From positions 1-36,281 of the forward strand of contig DASXQR010000056.1 in the NCBI GenBank assembly GCA_036507075.1: a stretch of DNA of 36,281 bases. Direction: 5' to 3'. A program made the translations under genes and the position numbers. The notes under the pieces are model-generated. The model searched no databases, was not told the DNA's origin, and worked only from the letters and a program-made list of their open reading frames with translations. This DNA is from Acidobacteriota bacterium. GTDB lineage: Bacteria; Acidobacteriota; UBA6911; JACQSX01. The first letter of the stretch is position 1. Each line of letters opens with the position of its first letter. Of the stretch, positions 26,858-35,349 are shown in pieces.

Positions 26858-27685
26858 TTAGAGCACGTAGTTCACGAGGGTTCCGATTGGACCGATCGTG
26901 ATCCGAACTTCGTCATCAGACCGCAGCGTGAAAGTATCCGGGGGCACAATGCCTGTTCCGGTCATCAAAAAACACCCGTCCGGGAAACTATTGTCGCGAA
27001 ACAGGAACTCAATCAAGGTTTCCGGCGCCCGTTTCATCTCTGAAACTACAGTCCTCCCGACGAAAACCTCCCTGCCGTCGCGCAGAATCTCCAGCCTGAT
27101 TTCAGTTCCGCCCGGCAAGGGTTCCTGCGAGACCCAGATCCCCGGCCCAAGGGCGCAGCTCTGATCGTAAACCTTGGCCTGGGGAAGATAGAGGGGATTT
27201 TCTCCCTCGATTTCGCGCGAACTCACGTCGTTACCGATAGTGTATCCGACAATTCTTCCGCTCGAAGTCACTACCAGTGTCAGCTCCGGTTCGGGAACAT
27301 TCCATTTTGAATCCCGGCGAATCCGGATCCTCTGATTGTGTCCCACGGTTCGGTGAAAGTTAGACTTGAAGAAGAGTTCCGGGCGATCAGCGTTATAAAC
27401 GCGATCGTAGAAGTCTCCGCCGCCGGCGCTCTTGGACTCTTCCATGCGCGCATTGCGGCTGCGAAAGTAGGTGACACCGGCCGCCCAGACTTCCTGTCTG
27501 CCGATCGGAGGAAGAAACTCCGAAGGGGCCACTTCAGCCACCGGTGTCCGGCTCGAGGTCGCGGCGGACAGGAAAGAAGGCAGATCGTCCCGGTTGACAA
27601 GTTCCGTCCAGTCCAGATTGTCAAGCCGGAAAGAGCCCCGAATGCTGACAACGACGGGTCCCTGCGCGGTTCGGTAAAGTTTCAT
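26858..27685 (-). CDS. FAH-family hydrolase, 2-keto-3-deoxy-pentonate dehydratase-like (XylX/KdxD)
   Basis: QEVWAAGVTY, RPELFFK, PEPEL, GNDVSSREIEGENPLYLPQAK, MTGTG; adjacent to a KGSA dehydrogenase. Confidence 0.9.
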   Translation of the reverse strand: MKLYRTAQGPVVVSIRGSFRLDNLDWTELVNRDDLPSFLSAATSSRTPVAEVAPSEFLPPIGRQEVWAAGVTYFRSRNARMEESKSAGGGDFYDRVYNADRPELFFKSNFHRTVGHNQRIRIRRDSKWNVPEPELTLVVTSSGRIVGYTIGNDVSSREIEGENPLYLPQAKVYDQSCALGPGIWVSQEPLPGGTEIRLEILRDGREVFVGRTVVSEMKRAPETLIEFLFRDNSFPDGCFLMTGTGIVPPDTFTLRSDDEVRITIGPIGTLVNYVL

Positions 27686-27691
27686 CCCCCT

Positions 27692-28735
27692 TCATTCCCC
27701 TTCATAACCCTTCACCCCCTTCAACTCAAAATGCCGATTCGCCACCGAGCGGTATCCATACAACAAGGCATTCTCCAGTTCGGATTCTTCCACGACGGTG
27801 GCATGGATCGATCGGGCCGCAAGTGCGGCGCGCCAGGCAACGGGCAGCGGACCGATGCCGGCGATAACGACCGGATATCCCCGCGCAATCGCTTCCCTTT
27901 TCAGAAACATATCCAGGTCTGCGGCAATGAATGCTCCGATCATGAAAGAAAGTCGTTCGTCGGGCAAGCTGGTAGATGTTTGCTCCAAAAGACGAACACA
28001 AAAAAGGGCCCTGGAAAGTCCCGAGCGCCGCTGCTCCTCCATTCCTGCCTGCAGCCAGGACGAAGCAAGAGAATCGGGAGGACCGGAGGGAATGGAACTG
28101 GCGAGAATCGTCTGAGTCTGTGCAGAATGGATTAACTCGCCCGAGAGCGACGTAAAACTGGAAATCACTTTGCCGGACATGTTTACCTGAATAGCCTTCC
28201 AATGTGATCCCAGGCTCAACAGCGCGCCGCCCTTTTGAAAATATCCAAGCGCGTGTAATCCCACGCAAAGCGTTTCCTCCCCCCGCATCATGTCGCACGA
28301 GCCCACATCTTGTGGTGCGCACTGAGACGGTCCGCAGCGCACACCGGGGATCATAAGAACCGGAAGTGAAGTAACGTCGCTGAAGTTATGTCGCTGTGTC
28401 GACGACGCGAGTTCATCGGTTCCCGCAGGCGCGGGAACATGCGGGATTTCCGCCAGCCCAAGCGGCGAAGTGATCATGCCGGCGGCAATCAGATAGGCGG
28501 CCGTTGCGGGACCCGCATCCGACAGGGCGCGGGCGATCAGGTCGCGCAGTTCCTCGCGAAGGCGCCTGGAGGAGCCCTCTTGTGCCGTGTTGCGAACCCC
28601 CACATTGGCGCGACCGCGTGCCAGCACTCGTTCGCCGTCGATGACCCACACTCGGCTGTTCGTAGTGCCGGTATCCACGCAAACTGCACAAGAGTTGCGG
28701 GTTCCGGGTTGCGGGTTACGGGTTGATTGGTTCAA
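27692..28735 (-). CDS. dgoK: 2-dehydro-3-deoxygalactonokinase
   Basis: VDTGTTNSR, AGMITSPLGL, DMMRGEET, GSHWK, SGEL; TTG start lies inside a heptamer array. Confidence 0.85.
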   Translation of the reverse strand: MNQSTRNPQPGTRNSCAVCVDTGTTNSRVWVIDGERVLARGRANVGVRNTAQEGSSRRLREELRDLIARALSDAGPATAAYLIAAGMITSPLGLAEIPHVPAPAGTDELASSTQRHNFSDVTSLPVLMIPGVRCGPSQCAPQDVGSCDMMRGEETLCVGLHALGYFQKGGALLSLGSHWKAIQVNMSGKVISSFTSLSGELIHSAQTQTILASSIPSGPPDSLASSWLQAGMEEQRRSGLSRALFCVRLLEQTSTSLPDERLSFMIGAFIAADLDMFLKREAIARGYPVVIAGIGPLPVAWRAALAARSIHATVVEESELENALLYGYRSVANRHFELKGVKGYEGE

Positions 28736-28922
28736 GATGCTGTGCTCAAAGGGAAATGAGAGTTGACATGGAACTTGACGAGTGAGGAACAGAGATCTTA
28801 AGGTTCAATCCCCAACGAATAACACGCTAACCCGTAACACGCTAACCCGCAATACCTAACCCGCAACTCGCCAACCCGCAACGCGCCAACCGGCAAACCC
28901 CAAACTCGCAATACGCGAACCC
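28692..28922. repeat. Inverted GTTGCGG / AACCCGC heptamer-octamer arrays
   Basis: (GTTGCGG, GTTCCGG, GTTACGG) 28694-28724 facing (TAACACGC, TAACCCG, CAACCCG)n 28820-28922. Confidence 0.85.
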
Positions 28923-28935
28923 TTGTGGTCAAAAC

Positions 28936-30042
28936 CTACCGAAACGCTTCCTTATTAACCACATAGGGCATACGCGATGGGTCTCCCCCGTAGCGGTTTT
29001 CCAGGACATCGATCACTGCCTGCACGGCGCGTCCCGCCATTCCAACATCCGGATCGGAAGACAGGCGGGTCTCCTTGGTGCCGGAAGCAAAGTGATGGAA
29101 CATACGCAACCGGTCCTTCAGCACAGGGTCTCGCAGCCGGCTGTCGGCGGGCAAAGGTTCTACTTCGAACACGTCCAATGCGGCGCCTCCAATGCGGTTC
29201 TCCACCAGCGCCCGGTACAGCGCCTGTTCGTCGACGACTGGGCCGCGCGCGGTGTTGATCAGATACGCGGTCGGCTTCATCAGACCCAGCAGTGACTCAT
29301 TTATCATGTGATAGGTAGGGTTGTCGCCCGCCTTTATCAACGGGATATGAAGGCTCACGTAATCCGCGCGCCGGAAAGCGTCTTCCAGCGGCACGTAGAA
29401 GATCCGGTGCGGTTTGCGGCAGAAACCTGCTTCAAAACGAAGATCCATTTCCCTTTGAGCAAAATCAAGGAACTGTTGATCACGTGATCGCGGACTGTAG
29501 AGCAGAATCTCCATATCCAGTCCGATGCACTTGCGGGCAAACGCCTTTCCGATGCGCCCGGCCCCGATGACGGAGACCGTTTTTCCCGTCACTTCATCGC
29601 TGAGAAAAGGATAATTGGGGTGCCACACTCCCCAGCGGTTTTCTTCAACAAGTTTCTCCGAAGGGTACAGCTTTCGGGAAACACAACCCATCAGAAAGAG
29701 CCCGAACTCGGCTGTTGCTTCGGTCAGAACGTCAGCCGTATTAGTAAACGGGATTTTTGCGCTATTCGCCGCGGCTCGATCGATATTGTCAAATCCAACC
29801 GCCACGTTGGCTACCACGCGGAGCGTGTCCCTTCCGGCGGCAAGCAGTTCCTGATCGACACTGTCACGCAAGGTGGTAATGATGGCCTCGATACCACTAC
29901 GGACCCTTTCAAGGACCAAATGCCTGGGAGGCGGCTCAATTTCTGGGTAAACCTCCAGCTTATATCCCTGGCGTCGAAGCCGCTCCAGCGCCTCGGCTCC
30001 GATGTCGGTGGTCACGAAAACCCTGGGTGCAGAACCTGGCAT
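28936..30042 (-). CDS. D-isomer 2-hydroxyacid dehydrogenase (glyoxylate/hydroxypyruvate reductase family)
   Basis: AVGFDNID, GAGRIG, INTARGPVVDE, ALDVFEVEP, HFAS. Confidence 0.9.
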   Translation of the reverse strand: MPGSAPRVFVTTDIGAEALERLRRQGYKLEVYPEIEPPPRHLVLERVRSGIEAIITTLRDSVDQELLAAGRDTLRVVANVAVGFDNIDRAAANSAKIPFTNTADVLTEATAEFGLFLMGCVSRKLYPSEKLVEENRWGVWHPNYPFLSDEVTGKTVSVIGAGRIGKAFARKCIGLDMEILLYSPRSRDQQFLDFAQREMDLRFEAGFCRKPHRIFYVPLEDAFRRADYVSLHIPLIKAGDNPTYHMINESLLGLMKPTAYLINTARGPVVDEQALYRALVENRIGGAALDVFEVEPLPADSRLRDPVLKDRLRMFHHFASGTKETRLSSDPDVGMAGRAVQAVIDVLENRYGGDPSRMPYVVNKEAFR

Positions 30043-30136
30043 TTAGAATTCCTTGGATGTGAGTGCGGAATGACCAGCCCGGATTATTCAATAATCGTGA
30101 CCGCAACGGCAACATCAGTTAAAACGTGAGAAAAAA

Positions 30137-30306
30137 TTGAACCGCCAAGAACGCGAAGAACGCTAAGAATTTCTTTTTCAGTCCGGCAGTTGAAATGTTA
30201 CTGCACTTTACACGTGACACTTCTTCAGAACTTTCAATTGCTTGCAGTCAGCTAGTAGTTCGGACCCATGATGAGCTTAGCGTTCTTGGCGTTCTTCGCG
30301 GTTCAA
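30137..30306. repeat. AACCGCCAAG nonamer-family palindromic element
   Basis: TTGAACCGCCAAGAACGCGAAGAACGCTAAG (30137-30167) / 30276-30306 around a 108-nt core. Confidence 0.88.
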
Positions 30307-30495
30307 GCTTGGGCTGCGTGTGTGAAATGAAGGAGAGGGGGAAGGGAAGTCAGGCGAGAGGTAATAACGCGTAGGCTAGCGAAACCTCCCGCCTTAACTG
30401 AATGCACCGGTGTAATCCCCGCACCGCATGCGCGCGCCGCCCCGTCTGGCTGTTCCAGCAAAAGCGACTATGTGCGGTTTGGGGTGACCCTGGGC

Positions 30496-30633
30496 CTACG
30501 TTCGCCGGTGAATCACCAGCATCGGTTTGAATTTTTCGAACGCCCAAACCACCAGTCCGCCAATTGCCACCGGAATAAGCAGGATTATGGTACCCACCGA
30601 AATCAAGAACAGAATGCCGAGGATATCGTACAT
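30496..30633 (-). CDS. 45-aa small membrane protein (not in the ORF track)
   Basis: MYDILGILFLISVGTIILLIPVAIGGLVVWAFEKFKPMLVIHRRT*; AAAGGGTGG RBS; long hydrophobic stretch followed by a basic tail. Confidence 0.7.
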   Translation of the reverse strand: MYDILGILFLISVGTIILLIPVAIGGLVVWAFEKFKPMLVIHRRT

Positions 30634-30786
30634 CTTGACCACCCTTTAAAACGGAGGCAGTGTCTGTGATCGTCACACCTTAATTTCCCGGAGACATCGT
30701 CGGATGTCCCTGGGGGTGCGAACAAACAAAAGACGCTCGGGATGGGTCCTTTTGGAACCGACCTCCGAATTTCCAGTTCTTCAAAA

Positions 30787-30802
30787 AGCAATTCGTATAC
30801 CA
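30787..30802 (-). promoter_or_regulatory. Putative sigma54 promoter for the small membrane ORF
   Basis: Minus strand TGGTAT-ACGAA-TTGCT (GG-N10-GC), about 150 nt upstream of the ATG at 30633. Confidence 0.55.
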
Positions 30803-30981
30803 CTCTCATCCAGTGATGATGCAGAAAAGCCTCGGTGGTTGTTTCTTATGGCAGATCTATGGATTAGCGCCGATTGGCACGATGAACGTCCGGGACTTCC
30901 ATGTGGAACCAAACTGTCGCACGGGAAGAGTTTTCTATCCGAATGGTTAGTGCTGCAAAATTTTCTCGCTCTCGGAAAGTC

Positions 30982-31089
30982 ACATTCCTTCACCGCAGAG
31001 GCGCAGACAACGCAGAGGTTGCGCAGAGACATGCAAACGAAACTCTGCGCATTCTCTGCGTTCTCTGTGCCTCTGCGGTGAAGGAATGT
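30982..31089. repeat. CACCGCAGAG nonamer-family palindromic element
   Basis: ACATTCCTTCACCGCAGAGGCGCAGACAACGCAGAG..GCGCAGAG followed by its reverse arm ending GGTGAAGGAATGT. Confidence 0.9.
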
Positions 31090-31243
31090 AGGCGCCAGAC
31101 AAAACTTTGTTAAACAAAGCGATAAGTTGCCATCTTGTAACATAAAGGGCACAAGGCGGGGACACGCGCAGCAGGCTAAAATGAAGGCGAAAGGAATGAG
31201 TCATGCGTTACAAACGGAAGGGTTTGCCCAGCTCGAGGTAATT

Positions 31244-31846
31244 TTGCACAATTTCTTTGGATCTCTCTTTTCCTTTTTCTTCAGCCCACTGGGCATCGCC
31301 GTTCTGGCGATTCTGGATACCTCGGTTCTTTTTTACATGCCGTTTGCCGTGGATGCGGCAGTCATCGTTCTTGCTGCCCGGGACAAGGACTGGTTTTGGG
31401 TTTATCCTGTCATGGCTGCCCTGGGATCGATAATTGGAGCCGCCTGGACCTATGCAATCGGAAGGAAGATCGGTGAGGGTCGTCTGGAACGATTTATGCC
31501 GAGGCGGCGTTTGGCCAGATTAAAAGAGAAGGTTCGCACGCAGGGAGCCGTTGCGATGGCTGTCCCGGCCCTCATACCTCCTCCTTTTCCGTTTACTCCA
31601 TTTATTTTGACGTGCGGTGCCCTGGAGGCGAGCCAGCGCAGCTTCTTAACTACGCTGGCTGCAGTGCGATTACTGCGATACGGAGGAGAAAGCCTGCTTG
31701 CAGTCTTTTACGGGGGGAGCATCATCCGCTGGATGGACTCGGAGGTGTTTCGGGCGGTCGTATGGATATTCTTTGTCCTGATCATCGCCGGGACTGCATT
31801 TTCCACGTATAAGTTCGTCCGGGGATCGCGACGGAGAATCGCCTAA
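31244..31846 (+). CDS. YqaA/DedA (VTT/SNARE-associated) membrane protein
   Basis: LAILDTS..MPFAVD, ALGSIIGA..YAIGRK, LIPPPFPFTPF, RLLRY; GAGGT RBS before TTG 31244. Confidence 0.85.
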   Translation: MHNFFGSLFSFFFSPLGIAVLAILDTSVLFYMPFAVDAAVIVLAARDKDWFWVYPVMAALGSIIGAAWTYAIGRKIGEGRLERFMPRRRLARLKEKVRTQGAVAMAVPALIPPPFPFTPFILTCGALEASQRSFLTTLAAVRLLRYGGESLLAVFYGGSIIRWMDSEVFRAVVWIFFVLIIAGTAFSTYKFVRGSRRRIA

Positions 31847-31980
31847 ACTACTACTTAATTCCAAAAATTCGAGCAAGAATTTACGCGAATTTATGCAATC
31901 AGGTATCTGACCCCTGCCTCTGTTGACATCGCTGCTACATTAAAATTAACAACAAAGGGTTAACATCCCTTAAGTTCACC

Positions 31981-32015
31981 AAGCCCGGCGTTTTTATGCC
32001 GGGCTTCCTCTTTTT
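31981..32015 (+). terminator. Probable intrinsic terminator
   Basis: AAGCCCGGC-loop-GCCGGGCTT stem followed by CCTCTTTTT, between convergent genes. Confidence 0.6.
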
Positions 32016-32060
32016 ATGACCGGGTAGAAGGACCGCGACGCTGTCAGTCAATCAGATCAG

Positions 32061-32098
32061 GGTCGTTGGTCATCGGTCATCGGTCAGGAGTCATGGGA
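32061..32098. repeat. One-sided GTCATCG heptamer tract
   Basis: GTCGTTG GTCATCG GTCATCG GTCAGGA GTCATGG. Confidence 0.65.
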
Positions 32099-32122
32099 CA
32101 TAAATTTAAGTCTTCCAGGCTG

Positions 32123-32722
32123 TTACACGATGTCGGATTTTTTTCCCCATTCTCCGCCAAACACAAATTCGCTGATTTGTCTTCGGGTGCGCGGGGCCAC
32201 TTCACGCTGTCGCAGCGGCTCGGGCAAGCTTTCCGGCCGGCCGATATATCCCAATGCAATCATTGCGACTGCCTCGTGCCCTTCGGGAATGTGAAACAGC
32301 GTGCGTGCACGCCCCGCATCGAATCCTGCCATCTGATGAACGAAAAGCTCGCGTGAAGTTGCTTCCACCACCAGGGTTTCCACCGCCAGCCCGACATCGT
32401 GAAAAGCGTGCCGGTTTTCCTTGCCGTTCTTTTCGAAACGGAGTTTGGCGACGGACAGCATCAAGACGGGCGCCTGACGAGCCCACTGCTGGTTTACTTC
32501 CACCATGCACGAGAGCAATTGCTCGTGCAGTCCCGGCTCTGCCTTTGTGGCCAGAATGAAAGACCAGGGTTGTTCGTTGAAGGATGAAGGCGCCCAGCGT
32601 GCCGCTTCCAGCAGACTCAAAATTTTGTCGCGTTCAACAGGCCTGGAATCGAAAGCCCTCGGACTCCAGCGCCTGGCGAGAAGCGGGTGAATAGGATGTT
32701 GGGTCTCGGCGAGTTTGTTCAT
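32123..32722 (-). CDS. Nitroreductase family protein
   Basis: RRWSPRAF, AARWAPSSFNEQPW, HDVG, HQMAGFD; AGGAG RBS before ATG 32722. Confidence 0.92.
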   Translation of the reverse strand: MNKLAETQHPIHPLLARRWSPRAFDSRPVERDKILSLLEAARWAPSSFNEQPWSFILATKAEPGLHEQLLSCMVEVNQQWARQAPVLMLSVAKLRFEKNGKENRHAFHDVGLAVETLVVEATSRELFVHQMAGFDAGRARTLFHIPEGHEAVAMIALGYIGRPESLPEPLRQREVAPRTRRQISEFVFGGEWGKKSDIV

Positions 32723-32775
32723 TTCTCTCTCCTGTGCATTAGCCTTTATCCTACCCCGGTCAAAGGCCGCGCACA

Positions 32776-32841
32776 GAGGGGTCAGGTCTTGAAATTTGAA
32801 ATTCGCGGCCACGAATTTCAAATTTCAAGACCTGACCCCTC
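32776..32841. repeat. Perfect 30-bp hairpin (GGGTCAGGTCTTG REP/MITE-like)
   Basis: GAGGGGTCAGGTCTTGAAATTTGAAATTCG [CGGCCA] exact reverse complement. Confidence 0.92.
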
Positions 32842-32900
32842 CGTGAGTGCCCGTCTTTGGTTGCGTAAGCCTTCAGGCTGTGGTCTTATGATCAACTCTC

Positions 32901-33656
32901 ATGTCTACCGAACCAGGGCTGATCGAGTGCCGTGATGCCGGATTCGAGTTAAACGGGCAGCCCATTGTTTCAGGGTTGAATTTTTCCATACCTCGAGGGG
33001 AAATCCTGGTGCTGCTGGGACGCAGCGGCAGCGGTAAAACAACTACTCTGAAGCTAATCAACCGGCTGTTGGATTTGACGCGGGGTGAAATCCGATTTGA
33101 AGATAAACGCACAGCCGACTGGGACCCGATTCGACTGCGCCGGCGAATTGGTTACGTGATACAGGAAATCGGATTATTCCCGCACTTCAGCGTGGAACGC
33201 AACGTCGCGCTGGTTCCTCGTCTTGAAGGTTGGCAGCGAGCACGCATCGAGGCACGGGTGCGAGAGCTGCTAAACCTGGTCGGCCTGGACCCGGCGCAAT
33301 TTGCAAAAAGGTACCCACATGAGCTTTCCGGCGGCCAGCGACAGCGCGTCGGAGTGGCCCGTGCCCTGGCCGCCGATCCAACGGCGCTGCTGATGGATGA
33401 ACCGTTCGGCGCGCTCGATCCGATTACTCGAGGCGAGATTCAACAGGAGTTTCGTCAGTTACAAAGAGGGTTGGGAAAGACCGTGGTGCTGGTGACCCAC
33501 GATGTTCAGGAGGCGCTTCGGGTGGCGGATCGAATCGGGCTGATGGAAGCCGGCAGGTTGGTGGAGATTCAGAAGCCGCGGGACTTTCTTCAATCCGGAA
33601 ATCCGGCAGTAAGGGCGGTGCTGGCTTCCCTGCCGGATCGACGCGAAATACCCTGA
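32901..33656 (+). CDS. Osmoprotectant ABC importer ATP-binding subunit (OpuCA/OsmV-like)
   Basis: GRSGSGKTT, IGYVIQEIGLFPH, LSGGQRQRVG, MDEPFGALD. Confidence 0.93.
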   Translation: MSTEPGLIECRDAGFELNGQPIVSGLNFSIPRGEILVLLGRSGSGKTTTLKLINRLLDLTRGEIRFEDKRTADWDPIRLRRRIGYVIQEIGLFPHFSVERNVALVPRLEGWQRARIEARVRELLNLVGLDPAQFAKRYPHELSGGQRQRVGVARALAADPTALLMDEPFGALDPITRGEIQQEFRQLQRGLGKTVVLVTHDVQEALRVADRIGLMEAGRLVEIQKPRDFLQSGNPAVRAVLASLPDRREIP

Positions 33657-34294
33657 TGAACTTGGCAGAATTTTTCTCCCGCTATGGATCAGAGATCGGG
33701 CACCGATCCGGAGAGCATCTCTTCCTGGTAGGCATCGCGATTTTGATCGCAGTCGCCGTCGGAATACCCGGAGGCGTCATGCTCACGCGCAGTCCGCGAT
33801 TGAGCGCTCCAATTCTGGCCGTGGCAAATGCGATTCAAACGATTCCAAGCCTGGCGTTATTCGGCATTCTCATTCCTTTGCCATTCCTTGGCGGCGTCGG
33901 AGCTCGGACGGCGGTCGTTGCCTTGGTCCTTTACTCGCTGCTGCCTATTCTGCGAAACACGTTTACCGGAATCAATGGAGTAGACCCGGCGATCAGAGAG
34001 GCTGGGCTTGGTATGGGAATGACCGACTGGCAACTATTGTGGCAGGTTGAAATCAGGCTGGCCCTGGGAGTGATCCTTGCTGGAGTTCGAGTAGCTACGG
34101 TGATCGCCATCGGACTGGCGACTATAGCGGCCGCGATCGGCGCAGGAGGTCTGGGGGTATTCATCTTCCGCGGCGTTGCCATACTGGACAACTCGCTGAT
34201 TTTGGCGGGCGCCGTTCCTGCGGCGATTATGGCGCTTTTGGCCGACGCCGCGCTGGGCTGGGTCGAGCGTCGCTTTGTCTTCCGGCGAAGATAA
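33656..34294 (+). CDS. Osmoprotectant ABC importer permease (OpuCB/OsmW-like)
   Basis: QTIPSLAL, LLPILRNT, EAGLGMGMT (EAA loop), IGAGGLG; TGATG coupling to the upstream gene. Confidence 0.93.
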   Translation: MNLAEFFSRYGSEIGHRSGEHLFLVGIAILIAVAVGIPGGVMLTRSPRLSAPILAVANAIQTIPSLALFGILIPLPFLGGVGARTAVVALVLYSLLPILRNTFTGINGVDPAIREAGLGMGMTDWQLLWQVEIRLALGVILAGVRVATVIAIGLATIAAAIGAGGLGVFIFRGVAILDNSLILAGAVPAAIMALLADAALGWVERRFVFRRR

Positions 34295-34296
34295 TT

Positions 34297-34417
34297 GCCA
34301 CGAAGACACGAAGAACAGTGAATGCGAGTTGTGAGTTAAGCAGGTTTGGTGCCTTGGTGGTTCAAAAGGAATCAACCACCAAGACACCAAGCCAGTTCAA
34401 TTCACAACTCGGATTCA
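34297..34417. repeat. Nested element inside the osmoprotectant operon
   Basis: GCCACGAAGACACGAAG arm; GAATGCGAGTTGTGAGTT / AATTCACAACTCGGATTC; inner outward TTGGTGCCTTGGTGGTT / AACCACCAAGACACCAAG. Confidence 0.8.
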
Positions 34418-34463
34418 ATCAATTCTCAATTTTGATCTTCAAAATTGGAAAACGGTATCGTTC

Positions 34464-35342
34464 ATGAGGAAGCTATTCGCCCTACTACTGCTTTTTTCCC
34501 CACTGGCCTGCCACTCAGCCGGGCAGCGCCCCATCGTGATCGCATCCAAGAATTTCACCGAGCAAATCATTCTGGGCGAGATGCTGGCGCAGGTACTTGA
34601 GTCACGGCCTCACGTTTTCGTCGACCGGCGCCTCAATCTGGGCGGGACGTTTGTGTGTCACGGGGGGTTGGTCGCCGGGGCAATTGATGTTTATCCGGAG
34701 TACACCGGCACTGCATTCACGGCGATTCTCAAGCACAAGCCGGTTTCCGACGCGGCCGAAGTTTACCGCCAGGTAAAGTCGGAATATCAAACCCGATTTG
34801 CCGCCGAGTGGAGCAAGCCACTGGGGTTCAACAACACCTTCGCGATCGTGATTCGGGGAGACGACTCAAAACGGTACCGCGTGCGGACGCTTTCTGAAGT
34901 GTCCGCAGTGACTCCGCATTGGAAGGCGGGCTTCGGTTACGAGTTTATGGAACGCGCAGACGGTTATCCCGGACTGGCAAAGGCTTACGGTCTGAGGTTT
35001 GCCGTGCAACCGCGCATCATGGATCTCGGCCTGCTATACCGGGCGCTCACGGAACGGCAGGTGGACCTGGTGGTGGGCTCGTCGACGGACGGGTTGATTT
35101 CCAGTCTCGGACTGGTGGTGCTCAAAGATGACAAGCATTACTTTCCGCCGTACGAAGCTGCATATGTGGCGCGGCGCGACTCGCTGGCCCGCCACAAGGA
35201 GCTGCGGCCGGCAATTGAAGCGCTGGAAGGCCGGATATCGGATGAGCAGATGCGACATCTCAATTACCTGATTGATGGAGAACATCGGAGCGTGAAGGAC
35301 GTGGCCAGGGAATTCCTGGTGAAGGCGGGGATTTTGAAATAA
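34464..35342 (+). CDS. Osmoprotectant (glycine betaine/choline) ABC substrate-binding lipoprotein
   Basis: Lipobox PLAC, SKNFTEQ, YPEYTGT, GFNNTFA, EFMERADG, DDKHYFPPY. Confidence 0.93.
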   Translation: MRKLFALLLLFSPLACHSAGQRPIVIASKNFTEQIILGEMLAQVLESRPHVFVDRRLNLGGTFVCHGGLVAGAIDVYPEYTGTAFTAILKHKPVSDAAEVYRQVKSEYQTRFAAEWSKPLGFNNTFAIVIRGDDSKRYRVRTLSEVSAVTPHWKAGFGYEFMERADGYPGLAKAYGLRFAVQPRIMDLGLLYRALTERQVDLVVGSSTDGLISSLGLVVLKDDKHYFPPYEAAYVARRDSLARHKELRPAIEALEGRISDEQMRHLNYLIDGEHRSVKDVAREFLVKAGILK

Positions 35343-35349
35343 TTATTTT

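Noticed and set aside
30865..30890. TGGCAC as a plus-strand sigma54 site
   Set aside because: It lacks the -12 TTGC at the required spacing.
30350..31152. Track ORFs of 65-125 aa in this gap
   Set aside because: No RBS or protein-like composition, and several run through repeats. The 45-aa ORF in another frame is better supported.
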